A DNA stretch of 57,360 nt, taken from an uncultured virus (IMG/VR IMGVR_UViG_3300025646_006603). Its lineage: Duplodnaviria > Heunggongvirae > Uroviricota > Caudoviricetes. Of the stretch, positions 30,005-39,419 are shown in pieces. The first letter of the stretch is position 1, and each line of letters starts with the position of its first letter. The stretch lies in IMG/VR virus record IMGVR_UViG_3300025646_006603; one strand, written 5' to 3'. A model generated the notes under the pieces. The model saw nothing but the letters and a program-made list of their open reading frames with translations. It was not told the origin of the DNA and searched no databases. The translations under genes and the position numbers were made by a program.

Positions 30005-30020
30005 TGCGAAAAGTATGCCA
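30005..30020 (-). promoter_or_regulatory. sigma54-like -24/-12 promoter for the UVR gene
   Basis: The minus strand reads TGGCATACTTTTCGCA, with GG-N10-GC spacing. Confidence 0.45.
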
Positions 30021-30148
30021 TTTGTAGTTATAAATATAAATACTGACATTTTGACAGTAAAGTAATTTTTTTAATGACAATATGACAAATAGTAGATTAT
30101 TCCATAATTTTTGTTAGATTTGTAACGTAAAACTTTAATAGATAGAAT

Positions 30149-32170
30149 ATGATTGAAGAAGTAGACCCAAACGAAAAAGGAGGACGCCGCCGAGGTAAAT
30201 CCGAAGTGTCTCAATCGAGAACACCCGTTCTTGATAATTTTTCCCGTGACTTAATTAAACTTGCCGAAGAGGGTAAACTAGACCCTGTAATCGGTAGGGA
30301 CCGCGAGATTTCTCGCATCGCACAAATCCTTTCTCGTAGAAAGAAAAACAATCCAATTATCATTGGTGAACCTGGTTGTGGTAAAACGGCAATCGTTGAA
30401 GGTTTGGCTATGAGAATCTTTCAGGGTGATTGTCCAACAAACCTTGCAGACAAACGTATCGTATCATTGGATATGACATCGATTGTTGCGGGTACAAAAT
30501 ATCGTGGACAGTTTGAAGAACGTTTGAAAGTTATCTTGGATGAACTACACGATAATCATGACATTATTGTGTTCATTGATGAGATTCATACAATTATCGG
30601 AGCAGGTAATTCATCAGGTTCATTGGATGCATCTAACATCTTTAAACCCGCACTTGCTCGTGGTGACCTCCAATGTATCGGAGCGACAACATTGGATGAA
30701 TACCGTGAGAACATCGAAAAGGATGGGGCGTTGGAGCGTCGTTTCCAAAAGGTAATGGTTGATGGTGCAACACCTGAGGAGACATTAGAGATTCTAAAAC
30801 GTATCAAACCTTTCTATGAGAAACACCACAAAGTTTCATATAGTGATGAGGCGTTGGATGCTTGTGTAACCCTTGCAGGTCGTTATGTAACAGACCGTGA
30901 GTTTCCTGACAAGGCAATTGACGTAATGGATGAAGTTGGTGCAAAGAGTCAAATCAATGTTAAACTACCTGAAGAGATTGAAGAACTTAAATTACAAGCT
31001 TCAAGGATTAAGGAAGAAAAAATCATTGTCGTAAAACAACAGAAGTATGAAGAAGCCGCTCAGCTTCGTGACAGAGAAAAGAAACTTCTAAAGAAACTTG
31101 AAGATGAAAAGAAAAAGTTTGAGGAACTGCAAAACACCAACCGTAATTTGATTACCGAAGAAATGGTGTATGATGTTGTTTCCACAATGACCAAGATTCC
31201 TGTATCTAAATTGAATACAGATGAAGTTGAATCATTGTTGAACTTGGAAACCAATCTTAACAAGAGTGTTATTGGACAGGACGTTGCGGTATCCAAGATT
31301 GCAAAGGCAATCCGTAGAAATCGTGTGGGTATCAAGGACCCGAATCGTCCAATTGGTTCATTCATCTTCTTGGGTTCAACAGGTATTGGTAAAACACACT
31401 TAGCAAAACGATTGGCTGAAGAAATCTTTGGTAATGAGGATGCTTTGATTCGTGTGGATATGTCTGAGTACCAAGAGAAGTATTCAATGAGTCGATTGAT
31501 TGGTTCACCTCCAGGTTATGTTGGTTACAACGAAGGTGGTCAACTTACCGAAGCAGTTAAAAACAAACCATACTCTGTAGTATTGTTTGATGAGATTGAG
31601 AAAGCAAATAAAGATATCTTCTCACTCCTTCTTCAACTACTCGATGATGGTCACTTGACAGATAGTTTTGGTCGTAAAATCAACTTTAAAAACTGTTTGA
31701 TTATTATGACCTCAAACTTGGGTGTTAAGAAACTACAGGACTTCGGCACAGGTATTGGTTTTGAAACCACCACCAAAATGTCAAAGGATGAAGAGTTGAA
31801 AAAAGTTCTCCTTGAAAAAGAACTTAAAAACTTCTTTACCCCTGAGTTCTTGAACCGTGTAGATGAAGTGGTTGTGTTTAACCCTCTTAAAGAGAATGAG
31901 GTTAATCAGATTGTTGAGATTGAACTTTCAAAACTCACAAAACGAGTAACCAAACTTGGTTATGACATCACCATCTCAAAAGGTGTAAAAGAATTCATCG
32001 CGAAAGTAGGATTCGATGAAAAATATGGAGCTCGTCCAATCAAACGAGCAATCCAAGAAAAAATCGAAGACCTAATCTCTGAGGAAATCTTGAAGAAGAA
32101 TATCCAACTCGGAAAGAAATATTCTCTTCAGATGAAAGGAGATGAAGAAATTATTGTTAAGGGGAGATAA
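30149..32170 (+). CDS. clpC: ClpC-type AAA+ unfoldase lacking the N-terminal Clp-repeat domain
   Basis: Two NBDs ([14 protein letters not shown] and [16 protein letters not shown]), KYRGQFEER and GYVG pore loops, a short UVR-type M-domain ([11 protein letters not shown]) and an IGF loop. Confidence 0.92.
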   Translation: MIEEVDPNEKGGRRRGKSEVSQSRTPVLDNFSRDLIKLAEEGKLDPVIGRDREISRIAQILSRRKKNNPIIIGEPGCGKTAIVEGLAMRIFQGDCPTNLADKRIVSLDMTSIVAGTKYRGQFEERLKVILDELHDNHDIIVFIDEIHTIIGAGNSSGSLDASNIFKPALARGDLQCIGATTLDEYRENIEKDGALERRFQKVMVDGATPEETLEILKRIKPFYEKHHKVSYSDEALDACVTLAGRYVTDREFPDKAIDVMDEVGAKSQINVKLPEEIEELKLQASRIKEEKIIVVKQQKYEEAAQLRDREKKLLKKLEDEKKKFEELQNTNRNLITEEMVYDVVSTMTKIPVSKLNTDEVESLLNLETNLNKSVIGQDVAVSKIAKAIRRNRVGIKDPNRPIGSFIFLGSTGIGKTHLAKRLAEEIFGNEDALIRVDMSEYQEKYSMSRLIGSPPGYVGYNEGGQLTEAVKNKPYSVVLFDEIEKANKDIFSLLLQLLDDGHLTDSFGRKINFKNCLIIMTSNLGVKKLQDFGTGIGFETTTKMSKDEELKKVLLEKELKNFFTPEFLNRVDEVVVFNPLKENEVNQIVEIELSKLTKRVTKLGYDITISKGVKEFIAKVGFDEKYGARPIKRAIQEKIEDLISEEILKKNIQLGKKYSLQMKGDEEIIVKGR

Positions 32171-32187
32171 TCCCCTTAACTTTTTTT
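32156..32187 (+). terminator. intrinsic terminator
   Basis: GTTAAGGGGA-GATAA-TCCCCTTAAC followed by T7. Confidence 0.8.
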
Positions 32188-32234
32188 GTTTTTTAAAAAA
32201 TTAGTTGTATATTTGTACTTCAAATAAGATAAAC

Positions 32235-33302
32235 ATGGAAGAGATAACCAAAAACAGATTAAAGGAACTTTTGTCCGTACCGTCAAAAACCTATCAAGAG
32301 GAAATGATGGTGGAATACATCTGCTCCGTGTTGGATACCATCAAAGGTGTAACCTATTACCGTGATGAGATGATGAACATCTACGCACAAAAGGGTGAAT
32401 TGTCTGAAGGTAATTACTTTCCAATGTTTATCGCACACACCGATACTGTGCATAGTATAGTTGACGAGATTGTCGTCAAAGAAACCAAATTGGTTAAACC
32501 ATTAACGTTCGGGATGAGGTTTGATGAAACCCAACATGATTCGTTGAATGCATACACCAAATACGGTCAGCCAACAGGAATCGGTGGAGATGATAAGTGT
32601 GGGGTCTTCATTTGTTTGGAACTTTTACGAGTACTTTCAAATGTCAAAGTAGGGTTTTTTGTATCTGAAGAGACTGGTTGCCATGGTTCCTCCAAATGCG
32701 ACCCCCACTTTTTACAAGATGTCGGTTACATCATTCAATATGATGCACCAGGTAACCAATTAATTACCGAAGTTTGCTCGGGAGTTCGTTTGTTCGAGAA
32801 AGATGGTGATTTCATCAATCGAACTAAGAAAGTGTTTGTTGACAGTATAGGACTTGAGCCATTGCTCCAATCTCACCCATACACAGACGTATCACAATTA
32901 AAGAAAAAGATTGATGTATCATGTATCAACTTCTCTTGTGGTTATTACAACATGCACACGGCAAATGAGTTTGTGGTTTTGGAAGATGTAGAAAAAGCCA
33001 TCAACTTAGGTTTGAACATGGTAAATGAATTTGGTTACTCTCGTCAAACTTACCAGTACGAGGTCCCCTCTTACAAAAACTTCTCAGATTATGGTGATTT
33101 GTTTAACGCTACAACTAACGATGATGATGTTTTTTATGAGGATGACGAAGAGGATGTAATCATCGATAAGGATTACATCAGGGTAAGTGAGGACATCGGT
33201 GGTCTTGTCTTCAAGGACAAATTCTTTGATTCAGAAATTTATTTGGACGAAGATGACATGGTCACATTATTTGAATATCTACAACAGAGATATTCTTATT
33301 AA
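32235..33302 (+). CDS. M20/M28-family zinc peptidase
   Basis: AHTDTV, GGDDKCG, EETGCHGS and YYNMHTANE metal-ligand motifs. The ATG at 32235 lies downstream of a TATATTTG box. Confidence 0.85.
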   Translation: MEEITKNRLKELLSVPSKTYQEEMMVEYICSVLDTIKGVTYYRDEMMNIYAQKGELSEGNYFPMFIAHTDTVHSIVDEIVVKETKLVKPLTFGMRFDETQHDSLNAYTKYGQPTGIGGDDKCGVFICLELLRVLSNVKVGFFVSEETGCHGSSKCDPHFLQDVGYIIQYDAPGNQLITEVCSGVRLFEKDGDFINRTKKVFVDSIGLEPLLQSHPYTDVSQLKKKIDVSCINFSCGYYNMHTANEFVVLEDVEKAINLGLNMVNEFGYSRQTYQYEVPSYKNFSDYGDLFNATTNDDDVFYEDDEEDVIIDKDYIRVSEDIGGLVFKDKFFDSEIYLDEDDMVTLFEYLQQRYSY

Positions 33303-34468
33303 AAGTCAAATAAGTCAAAAAGTTGATAATTGTTAATTAAACTATCAAGAGTCGACTTTTTGACTTTTATGTTTTTATGTTCACGCCATTCATTCCCCTG
33401 TTTTTTCCATTTATAAAGAGTTAAATCTATTTTCAAATCTTCAGGGTCAACACCTTTTATTATCATTTCTGTTTTTGATTTGTCATCTTCATAAACAATA
33501 ATACCTTTATTGAAACCACCGTATTTATTTTGGATGTCACTATATATTTGGGATAACTCTTTGTATTTGTCAGCAGAATCTTCAATACCTTCAACATCTG
33601 ACATTATTTTTTCAATTTCAAACTCAAACTCACTGTTGAATTTTTGTCTAAGAAAATCATAGTCATCATGTTCATACATAGATTCTCTTGGATTTCCAGG
33701 GAGTGACTTATATCCACGTTTTTCCATATAATTTTTTAAAACATCACCAACAGAGTCATTTACCGTTCCGGCATATGAATATAATAACATCAAATCCGAT
33801 AGGGACATTTTGGCAGATTCAAAAGGGTTAGAACCCCACCTTTGTAATTTATAAGGAGAATAAAGGTCTTTTAAAAATTCATTGGACATATATCTATCCA
33901 TTCCACGTCCAAAAGATTCCTCTCTTGCATAAAAATATTCATCTTTGATTTTATCCACAAATTTTGGAAAAGATTTTTCAAAATCTATTGCTATTTCCTC
34001 AGTATAACCATCAAAGTATTTTACAAGGTTTCTTGAGCTAAAATCGGTTTCACCATTCTCTTTAGCTTTAACAATCAATTTTTTGTTTAAAGAGTTGGCA
34101 TTGATTGCTTGTAATAAATCTATAACATTTTTTCTATTATCAGAATTCAAAACATTAAGTACATACCCTTCTTTCCAATCTTCATCTGTTTGATAACCGT
34201 CCGTATACTCGTATTCGTATGGTCTATAATATAACCATTTTATATCTACAACTTCATATTCATCATATTGGTCTCCATACAAAGTATTAAAGAAATCCTC
34301 TTCATTGTCAAAATGAAAATAAATGTAATCTTTGTCTATTTTATCAATCCAATCATCATCAAAAAAAACAGTTGATGGGTTCTTTCTACCTTTAACAACA
34401 TCTAAGATTGACATAAAATCACTGTCTTTTTCAGCAACTTCAACAAGTATGTTTCTTAACCTTTTCAA
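33299..34468 (-). CDS. hypothetical protein with N-terminal leader (MKRLRNILVE)
   Basis: 389-aa ORF with a TTG start and the late motif at 34484-34491. Confidence 0.7.
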   Translation of the reverse strand: MKRLRNILVEVAEKDSDFMSILDVVKGRKNPSTVFFDDDWIDKIDKDYIYFHFDNEEDFFNTLYGDQYDEYEVVDIKWLYYRPYEYEYTDGYQTDEDWKEGYVLNVLNSDNRKNVIDLLQAINANSLNKKLIVKAKENGETDFSSRNLVKYFDGYTEEIAIDFEKSFPKFVDKIKDEYFYAREESFGRGMDRYMSNEFLKDLYSPYKLQRWGSNPFESAKMSLSDLMLLYSYAGTVNDSVGDVLKNYMEKRGYKSLPGNPRESMYEHDDYDFLRQKFNSEFEFEIEKIMSDVEGIEDSADKYKELSQIYSDIQNKYGGFNKGIIVYEDDKSKTEMIIKGVDPEDLKIDLTLYKWKKQGNEWREHKNIKVKKSTLDSLINNYQLFDLFDF

Positions 34469-34539
34469 AATGTGAATTATTTTTATAAATAAATACTTGA
34501 CTATTTGGATATTTCAAAACTTATCGTTAATATTGAAGT

Positions 34540-34989
34540 ATGAAAAACACCATCAAAACCATCGCAATCGTATTAGTATCACTAATCTCTCAAGTATCTA
34601 ACGCACAATCTTTCTTCAAAGTAGTTGTTAAAGACTTTTATAATTTCGAGTTCCCTCGTACAATGTCAGCAGCAGATGCGCTAAAACACGGTGACTACAA
34701 AGAACTTCAAGGGACTACCGGTGAAACTAACTATATCTTCAATGAATATAGTAAGAAAGTTACCGTTGTTCTTCCTGATGGTACTAAGACTGATTACAAC
34801 ATGTTAGGATATGCTAACGGTAATAAAAAAGCATACTTGGTAATGGGACCTGGTTTTGATGGTGAAAATGTTCGGATTATGATGTCTTTGACTGAATCTG
34901 AAAATGGTACCCCATACTTGATTGTTGAACACCAATCTAAAGACAATCCAAAATTACAAAGGGCATTCGCATCTGAGATTTTGAACTAA
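34540..34989 (+). CDS. secreted/periplasmic hypothetical protein
   Basis: Sec signal MKNTIKTIAIVLVSLISQVSNA|Q with a mature N-terminal Gln, as is common in Bacteroidota. Confidence 0.7.
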   Translation: MKNTIKTIAIVLVSLISQVSNAQSFFKVVVKDFYNFEFPRTMSAADALKHGDYKELQGTTGETNYIFNEYSKKVTVVLPDGTKTDYNMLGYANGNKKAYLVMGPGFDGENVRIMMSLTESENGTPYLIVEHQSKDNPKLQRAFASEILN

Positions 34990-34990
34990 T

Positions 34991-35020
34991 AAAAAACCCC
35001 ACGTATGTGGGGTTTTTTTT
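34991..35020. terminator. bidirectional terminator
   Basis: AAAAAACCCCAC-GTAT-GTGGGGTTTTTTTT. Confidence 0.85.
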
Positions 35021-36110
35021 ATCCTTGTCCTGAGTTAAAAGTTTGTTGTGTTTGTTTTTCACTAGGTGTGGTATTCGGTACTGATGCTCCGGGTAAAAAA
35101 TCTCTACTCACAGATTTCAATTCTTCCGTCGCACTCTTTGAAGATGTTTTAGGGTTAAAAGCGCTTAATTTTTGGTTTTTCGTGTCGGGAAATTTAACTG
35201 TTAAAAACTTATCAAGGTTTTCTCTGTATTTGGCAACAATTGAGCTTTGAATTTCATTCCATTTAGCATCTGCATTTGATAAATCAGAACTTGCTAATAT
35301 TTGTTGTTTAAAATTATTAGCATCCATATCTAATTCATATTCAGCAGCTACGTCCATAATTGTTTTACCTTCAGTTTTTGGTAAGAATTTACCTAAAAGC
35401 GAATTTATATTAGCTTCAATAGTTCCATTTCTATTTGGTTGTCCTAAAACAATGTCTTTTAACGGATACGTTGGACTAACTTTTTGTGGGTTAACTAATG
35501 GTTTAATAAAATATGCTAAAAGTGTGTTAAATTTACTTTCAGTATTATTAATTTGACTTGAGTTATAGGTATAAGCAACACCAGTTCTTTCACCGGATAA
35601 TGTTATTTTAATCATAGACGGTAATTTACCAGCACCTGATTTAATTGCTCTTGATAATGCTAATAAACCATTACCCGCACCTCCAATATACGTTAAACCT
35701 TTAGTTGGAAATTCTTTTGTTCCTTCACCTTCTAATGAAATCTCGGTACCGTCTTTATACTTCGCAAATAGATTATCCGGGCTAGTTGTGGTTCTTGGGT
35801 CAGTACCTGTAAAAGTTTTTAAATTTTTTTGAGCAAAGGCGGTTGCCAATCCTGCTCTATTAGTAAAAAAAAATGTATTACTAAAGTTCTCAGGGGTTGC
35901 CGGAATACCTAAGTTTGCTAAAACTGATGCGTTTACAATCGGTACTGCAGATGCTGAACCAGCAACTTCAGAATAGGTAATAGATGGTGCTGCAACATTT
36001 GCATCAGTAGTTGGTTGTAATTGTTCTTTCAAATATAGATTTTTAGTTGCTGATTCATGCATCGAAAGGATTCTTGCTCTTTCGTCTTCAGTTATAACAA
36101 ATTTTCTCAT
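35019..36110 (-). CDS. hypothetical protein with N-terminal leader (MRKFVITEDERARILSMHES...LKEQ)
   Basis: 363-aa ORF with the late motif at 36128-36135. Confidence 0.75.
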   Translation of the reverse strand: MRKFVITEDERARILSMHESATKNLYLKEQLQPTTDANVAAPSITYSEVAGSASAVPIVNASVLANLGIPATPENFSNTFFFTNRAGLATAFAQKNLKTFTGTDPRTTTSPDNLFAKYKDGTEISLEGEGTKEFPTKGLTYIGGAGNGLLALSRAIKSGAGKLPSMIKITLSGERTGVAYTYNSSQINNTESKFNTLLAYFIKPLVNPQKVSPTYPLKDIVLGQPNRNGTIEANINSLLGKFLPKTEGKTIMDVAAEYELDMDANNFKQQILASSDLSNADAKWNEIQSSIVAKYRENLDKFLTVKFPDTKNQKLSAFNPKTSSKSATEELKSVSRDFLPGASVPNTTPSEKQTQQTFNSGQG

Positions 36111-36156
36111 AATTAAATTATTTTATATATAAATATGTTGTCAGATAAAAAAGTTG

Positions 36157-36168
36157 TATTTATATTTG
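36157..36168 (+). promoter_or_regulatory. overlapping late motif (TATTTATA) and Bacteroidota -7 box (TATATTTG)
   Basis: TATTTATATTTG lies immediately before the structured RNA/tmRNA unit. Confidence 0.55.
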
Positions 36169-36173
36169 TAAGA

Positions 36174-36319
36174 GAAATCACGGGTGGCTCCCTCAATGGT
36201 TTTAAAAAAACACCACGGTCCATAACCACTTGGACGCGAGAAGTTATAATTAGAACCTGTCGTTAAGGCGTACCTTAAGCATCTGACGTTATGTCTATAC
36301 AGGGGGTGAAAGTGATTTC
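36174..36319 (+). ncRNA. unidentified structured RNA
   Basis: Closing helix GAAATCAC/GTGATTTC, inner CTCCCT/AGGGGG, hairpins GTCCA/TGGAC and TTAAGG-CGTA-CCTTAA. GC-richer than flanking spacers and with no ORF in the track. Confidence 0.5.
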
Positions 36320-36339
36320 ATTTATGTTCTTTGAATTAT

Positions 36340-36723
36340 GGGGGTGACCGGTATTGATTGGCAGGGTTAGTTATACGGGGCATGCAGTGAGAGGTTTCCT
36401 ATCACTTTAATCTACGGAGGCAATTTTTAGGTGGCAACACTTTCGCAAAGCTTCAGGCTGTAGGTCTTCTACGTACTGAAGAGGTTACTGTAGCCTAAGC
36501 TATAGTACCAATCGGGTCGATGGACATATAACCCAGGAACAGAAGTCCTTACAAAGGTGGAAAAACGACTGAACCCAAAATCGAGTCGTCCATTGGTTAC
36601 TTGGTTTACGATGGTGAAGAACAAACCGGTTATTTCGGAACATTTGAAAATGTTGACCTAAGCATGTAGTCCTTTATGGTTGGACTGAGCAAGACGCGGG
36701 TTCGATTCCCGCCACCTCCACCA
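36340..36723 (+). ncRNA. ssrA: tmRNA
   Basis: 5' GGGGGTG pairs with 3' CACCTCC-A-CCA, including the G3:U alanine identity pair. T-arm GCGGG-TTCGATT-CCCGC and a GCATG/CATGT helix. Internal tag ORF ~36433-36498. Length 384 nt. Confidence 0.92.
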
Positions 36724-36814
36724 ATTAAAAAATAGTTTAATTTTTCGCTTGACGGGATAATTATTTGTCATATAATTGTTAAGATTAAAATAAACTAATT
36801 TTTAAAAACACAAA

Positions 36815-36988
36815 ATGAAAAAAGTAATTTTCGCTCTTTTCTCAGTTGTTATGTTGGCAGCATGTTCAACAGAAGCTACTGAAACAACAGAAGTGGTTGA
36901 TACAACTGTAGTTGAATCAACAGAGGTTGAAACAGTTGAAACTGACTCAACAGTAGTTACACCTGTAACTGAAGAAGTCGCTCAATAA
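36815..36988 (+). CDS. small acidic lipoprotein (57 aa; not in the ORF track)
   Basis: MKKVIFALFSVVMLAA|CSTEATETTEVVDTT... with an LAAC lipobox, an A-rich leader and a downstream terminator. Confidence 0.8.
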   Translation: MKKVIFALFSVVMLAACSTEATETTEVVDTTVVESTEVETVETDSTVVTPVTEEVAQ

Positions 36989-37009
36989 GCCAGAGACCAC
37001 TTCAAAGAG

Positions 37010-37038
37010 AAAGGTCAGTAATTACTGACCTTTTTTTT
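37010..37038 (+). terminator. intrinsic terminator
   Basis: AAAGGTCAGTA-AT-TACTGACCTTT followed by a T-run. Confidence 0.85.
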
Positions 37039-37127
37039 ATGCCAAACAAATTTTTTTATCCGATTTATTTGGTGGGCAATTTTGTTTGGCATATATTTGT
37101 ACTGTTAAACAATTAATCATCACCATC

Positions 37128-37880
37128 ATGTCAGTTACAGGAATCAACATCGAAGAAAAAGTAAGAAACTACCAAGGAAACAACGACTTCATCAAAGGTT
37201 TAAAACCAGGTCTTATGAAGTACGGTCGCTTAACCCCAAAACAATTCGCAGTGGCAGAGAAACTCATCATCCAAGAAGAGCGTCAGAAAGACGTAAAAGT
37301 GGAAGAACTTCCTTACAACCTTCGTGCAATCGTTGAGTACAAAGGTGAATCCAAATTCGTATTGGACCTTCAAGAGAAGTACAACAAGTACCGCCGACTC
37401 ACCGAAAAGCAAGTACAAGCAGGTTACCAAGCCATTGACCGTGAGGTTCAAAAGAACTCTCAACGTGACTTGAACATTCCTTTGGTAGGTAACACCATCA
37501 AGTTGGGTCGCAAAATCGCCGGTGACATCAAAGAAGCTCGTGAATTACAATTCCACCCAATCTTGGTTGACGTAACTGAAGTGGTGACCATCTCAAACCG
37601 AGCCATGAAGTTGAAGGCAAAACTCACCAAAGAAAACGGAGGTATCTGCCGTTGTTGTGGTAAGACCCTTACCGACTACATGTCTCAAATCACCGGTATC
37701 GGTCCCGTATGTGCCAAGTACGTAGGTGTTGAACACCCAAAGAGCGTATCTGAAGTTGAGAAGTTCAAAGCAGATATGTCTAAGAAGATTGACGAGATTG
37801 GTGAGTTCGAGTTTTGGATTCCAAAACGTCAGATTGTTGAATGGAACGGAGCAGGAGCCATGATGTTGAAAATCCGTTAA
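37128..37880 (+). CDS. protein with a DUF6011-like zinc finger
   Basis: CRCCGKTLTD..S...GIGPVCA and a duplicated N-terminal 'Y.G...F...L....KY.RLT.KQ' module. The ATG lies downstream of TATATTTG at 37092-37099. Confidence 0.7.
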   Translation: MSVTGINIEEKVRNYQGNNDFIKGLKPGLMKYGRLTPKQFAVAEKLIIQEERQKDVKVEELPYNLRAIVEYKGESKFVLDLQEKYNKYRRLTEKQVQAGYQAIDREVQKNSQRDLNIPLVGNTIKLGRKIAGDIKEARELQFHPILVDVTEVVTISNRAMKLKAKLTKENGGICRCCGKTLTDYMSQITGIGPVCAKYVGVEHPKSVSEVEKFKADMSKKIDEIGEFEFWIPKRQIVEWNGAGAMMLKIR

Positions 37881-37884
37881 ACAG

Positions 37885-37911
37885 AAATGGGGGTCATTGA
37901 CCCCCATTTTT
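37885..37911. terminator. bidirectional terminator
   Basis: AAATGGGGGTCA-T-TGACCCCCATTTTT. Confidence 0.8.
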
Positions 37912-37914
37912 AAT

Positions 37915-38835
37915 TTATAAACTCATTAACATGTCCAAAAGTTCCTGTTGTGGGAACATGTCCACTTTATCTTTTCGAGTGTTTACGTGAGTCCACAGAC
38001 CCGTTAATTTACCATAATATACGTCAGCATTCCACTCAAAAGCATCTGCACCTTTTTGTCTAACCAATTCAGGTAAACCTTTTCTTACATCTATACCGTC
38101 TCTTTCTCCAATATAAAGAATAAGTTTACGTAAACTTTCAATCTGTTCATCAGAGTATCTGTGCCAATCTGAATGACCTCTAAATGGTTTTGATAACGTT
38201 ACAATCTGTGATGGGTCTACAGTACTTCCCTGATAAGCCTTACCGTTTACCACATAACCAAAGTTACATACTTCAATTCCGACTGAATTAACATGCATAG
38301 TTTGTGAACCATTTGCACCTAAGTGCCATGCGTAATTACCATGTGGAAATGCTTGTACAACCTCACCATCATATGTATTACTATTTCCCTTAATAGATGG
38401 ACCACCAATTACGAATTCTGTACCAATCTGACCAATCTTATCAGAATCCCATGCTGTGATAGTATTGTAAGGATTTTCCCATCCTGCCGTGTGGTGAATA
38501 AACAACCACTTAGGTTTAATAGGACCTTGTCTATACTCATCTTTCGGCATAAAATATTCTACAATCTCAAGACCATTAGATGTTGTATACTTGTCTTTAG
38601 AATACAACTTAGATGAACTTTGTTCTGTAATAACTTTCTTTTGGTCAGTATCTAAAAATCCCATTTTAGATAATGTTTTTGGCCCCACAATACCATCAGG
38701 TGTTAATCCATTTTTCTTTTGCCATTCTTTAACAGCAGCATCTGTTTTAGGACCAAAATCACCATCAGCATTTAGTCCAAGGAACTCTTGAAGTTCTTTA
38801 ACTTCTTCTCCCTTACTTCCAAGTTTTAAAACCAT
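37915..38835 (-). CDS. endolysin: N-terminal peptidoglycan-binding domain plus N-acetylmuramoyl-L-alanine amidase (Amidase_2)
   Basis: LKLGSKGEEVKELQ..L....DGDFGPKT..AVK.WQ...GL..DGIVGP, then IHHTAG, AWHLG, SVGIEVCN and H...RKDK.D. Likely start 38835. Confidence 0.88.
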   Translation of the reverse strand: MVLKLGSKGEEVKELQEFLGLNADGDFGPKTDAAVKEWQKKNGLTPDGIVGPKTLSKMGFLDTDQKKVITEQSSSKLYSKDKYTTSNGLEIVEYFMPKDEYRQGPIKPKWLFIHHTAGWENPYNTITAWDSDKIGQIGTEFVIGGPSIKGNSNTYDGEVVQAFPHGNYAWHLGANGSQTMHVNSVGIEVCNFGYVVNGKAYQGSTVDPSQIVTLSKPFRGHSDWHRYSDEQIESLRKLILYIGERDGIDVRKGLPELVRQKGADAFEWNADVYYGKLTGLWTHVNTRKDKVDMFPQQELLDMLMSL

Positions 38836-38915
38836 AATACTATTATTTATATTATAAATATTCATTTGACTGGTTTGAATATTTGCATTAACTTTGTACA
38901 ATATTATTGAATCGT

Positions 38916-39419
38916 ATGGACACAGTTCTAGTATTAAACTCAGATTACTCACCGTTGAATGTCACAACTCTTCGGCGGGGATTTATTTTAGTGGATAAGG
39001 GAAAAGCAGAAATCCTTAAAAAAGGTGAGGGTGATATTGTTACCACCGTAGGTAATTTTGTTCGTCCTTTGGTAATTCGTCTTTTAAGTTATGTTAGATA
39101 TCAATCTAAGGGAATAACAGTTAATAGAAAAAGAATCTTCAAAAGAGATGGTCATACTTGTGGATATTGTGGTTCTAAAAAAAACCTAACTCTTGACCAC
39201 ATCCTTCCAAAATCTCGTGGTGGTAAAAACACTTGGGAGAATATGGTTACGTGTTGTAGTCGTTGTAATAGTAAAAAAGACAACAAGACACCTGAAGAGG
39301 CTGGTATGAAACTTAAAATTAAACCATACAAACCAAATGTATTTTCTGTTGTTATTAGTGAAACGGTTGAAATTATTTGGGAAGATTTCCAAAAGGAGTT
39401 GTCAAAAAGCTTTTTGTAA
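38916..39419 (+). CDS. HNH endonuclease
   Basis: VLVLNSDYSPL, RD..TCGYCG...LTLDHILPKSRGG..TWEN.VTCC..CN..K...TPEEAGM. Confidence 0.92.
   Translation: MDTVLVLNSDYSPLNVTTLRRGFILVDKGKAEILKKGEGDIVTTVGNFVRPLVIRLLSYVRYQSKGITVNRKRIFKRDGHTCGYCGSKKNLTLDHILPKSRGGKNTWENMVTCCSRCNSKKDNKTPEEAGMKLKIKPYKPNVFSVVISETVEIIWEDFQKELSKSFL

Noticed and set aside
38916..39419. HNH gene as an intron-borne homing endonuclease or mobile element
   Set aside because: It is free-standing with its own TAACTTTG box and interrupts no gene. No intron structure or flanking repeats were seen.
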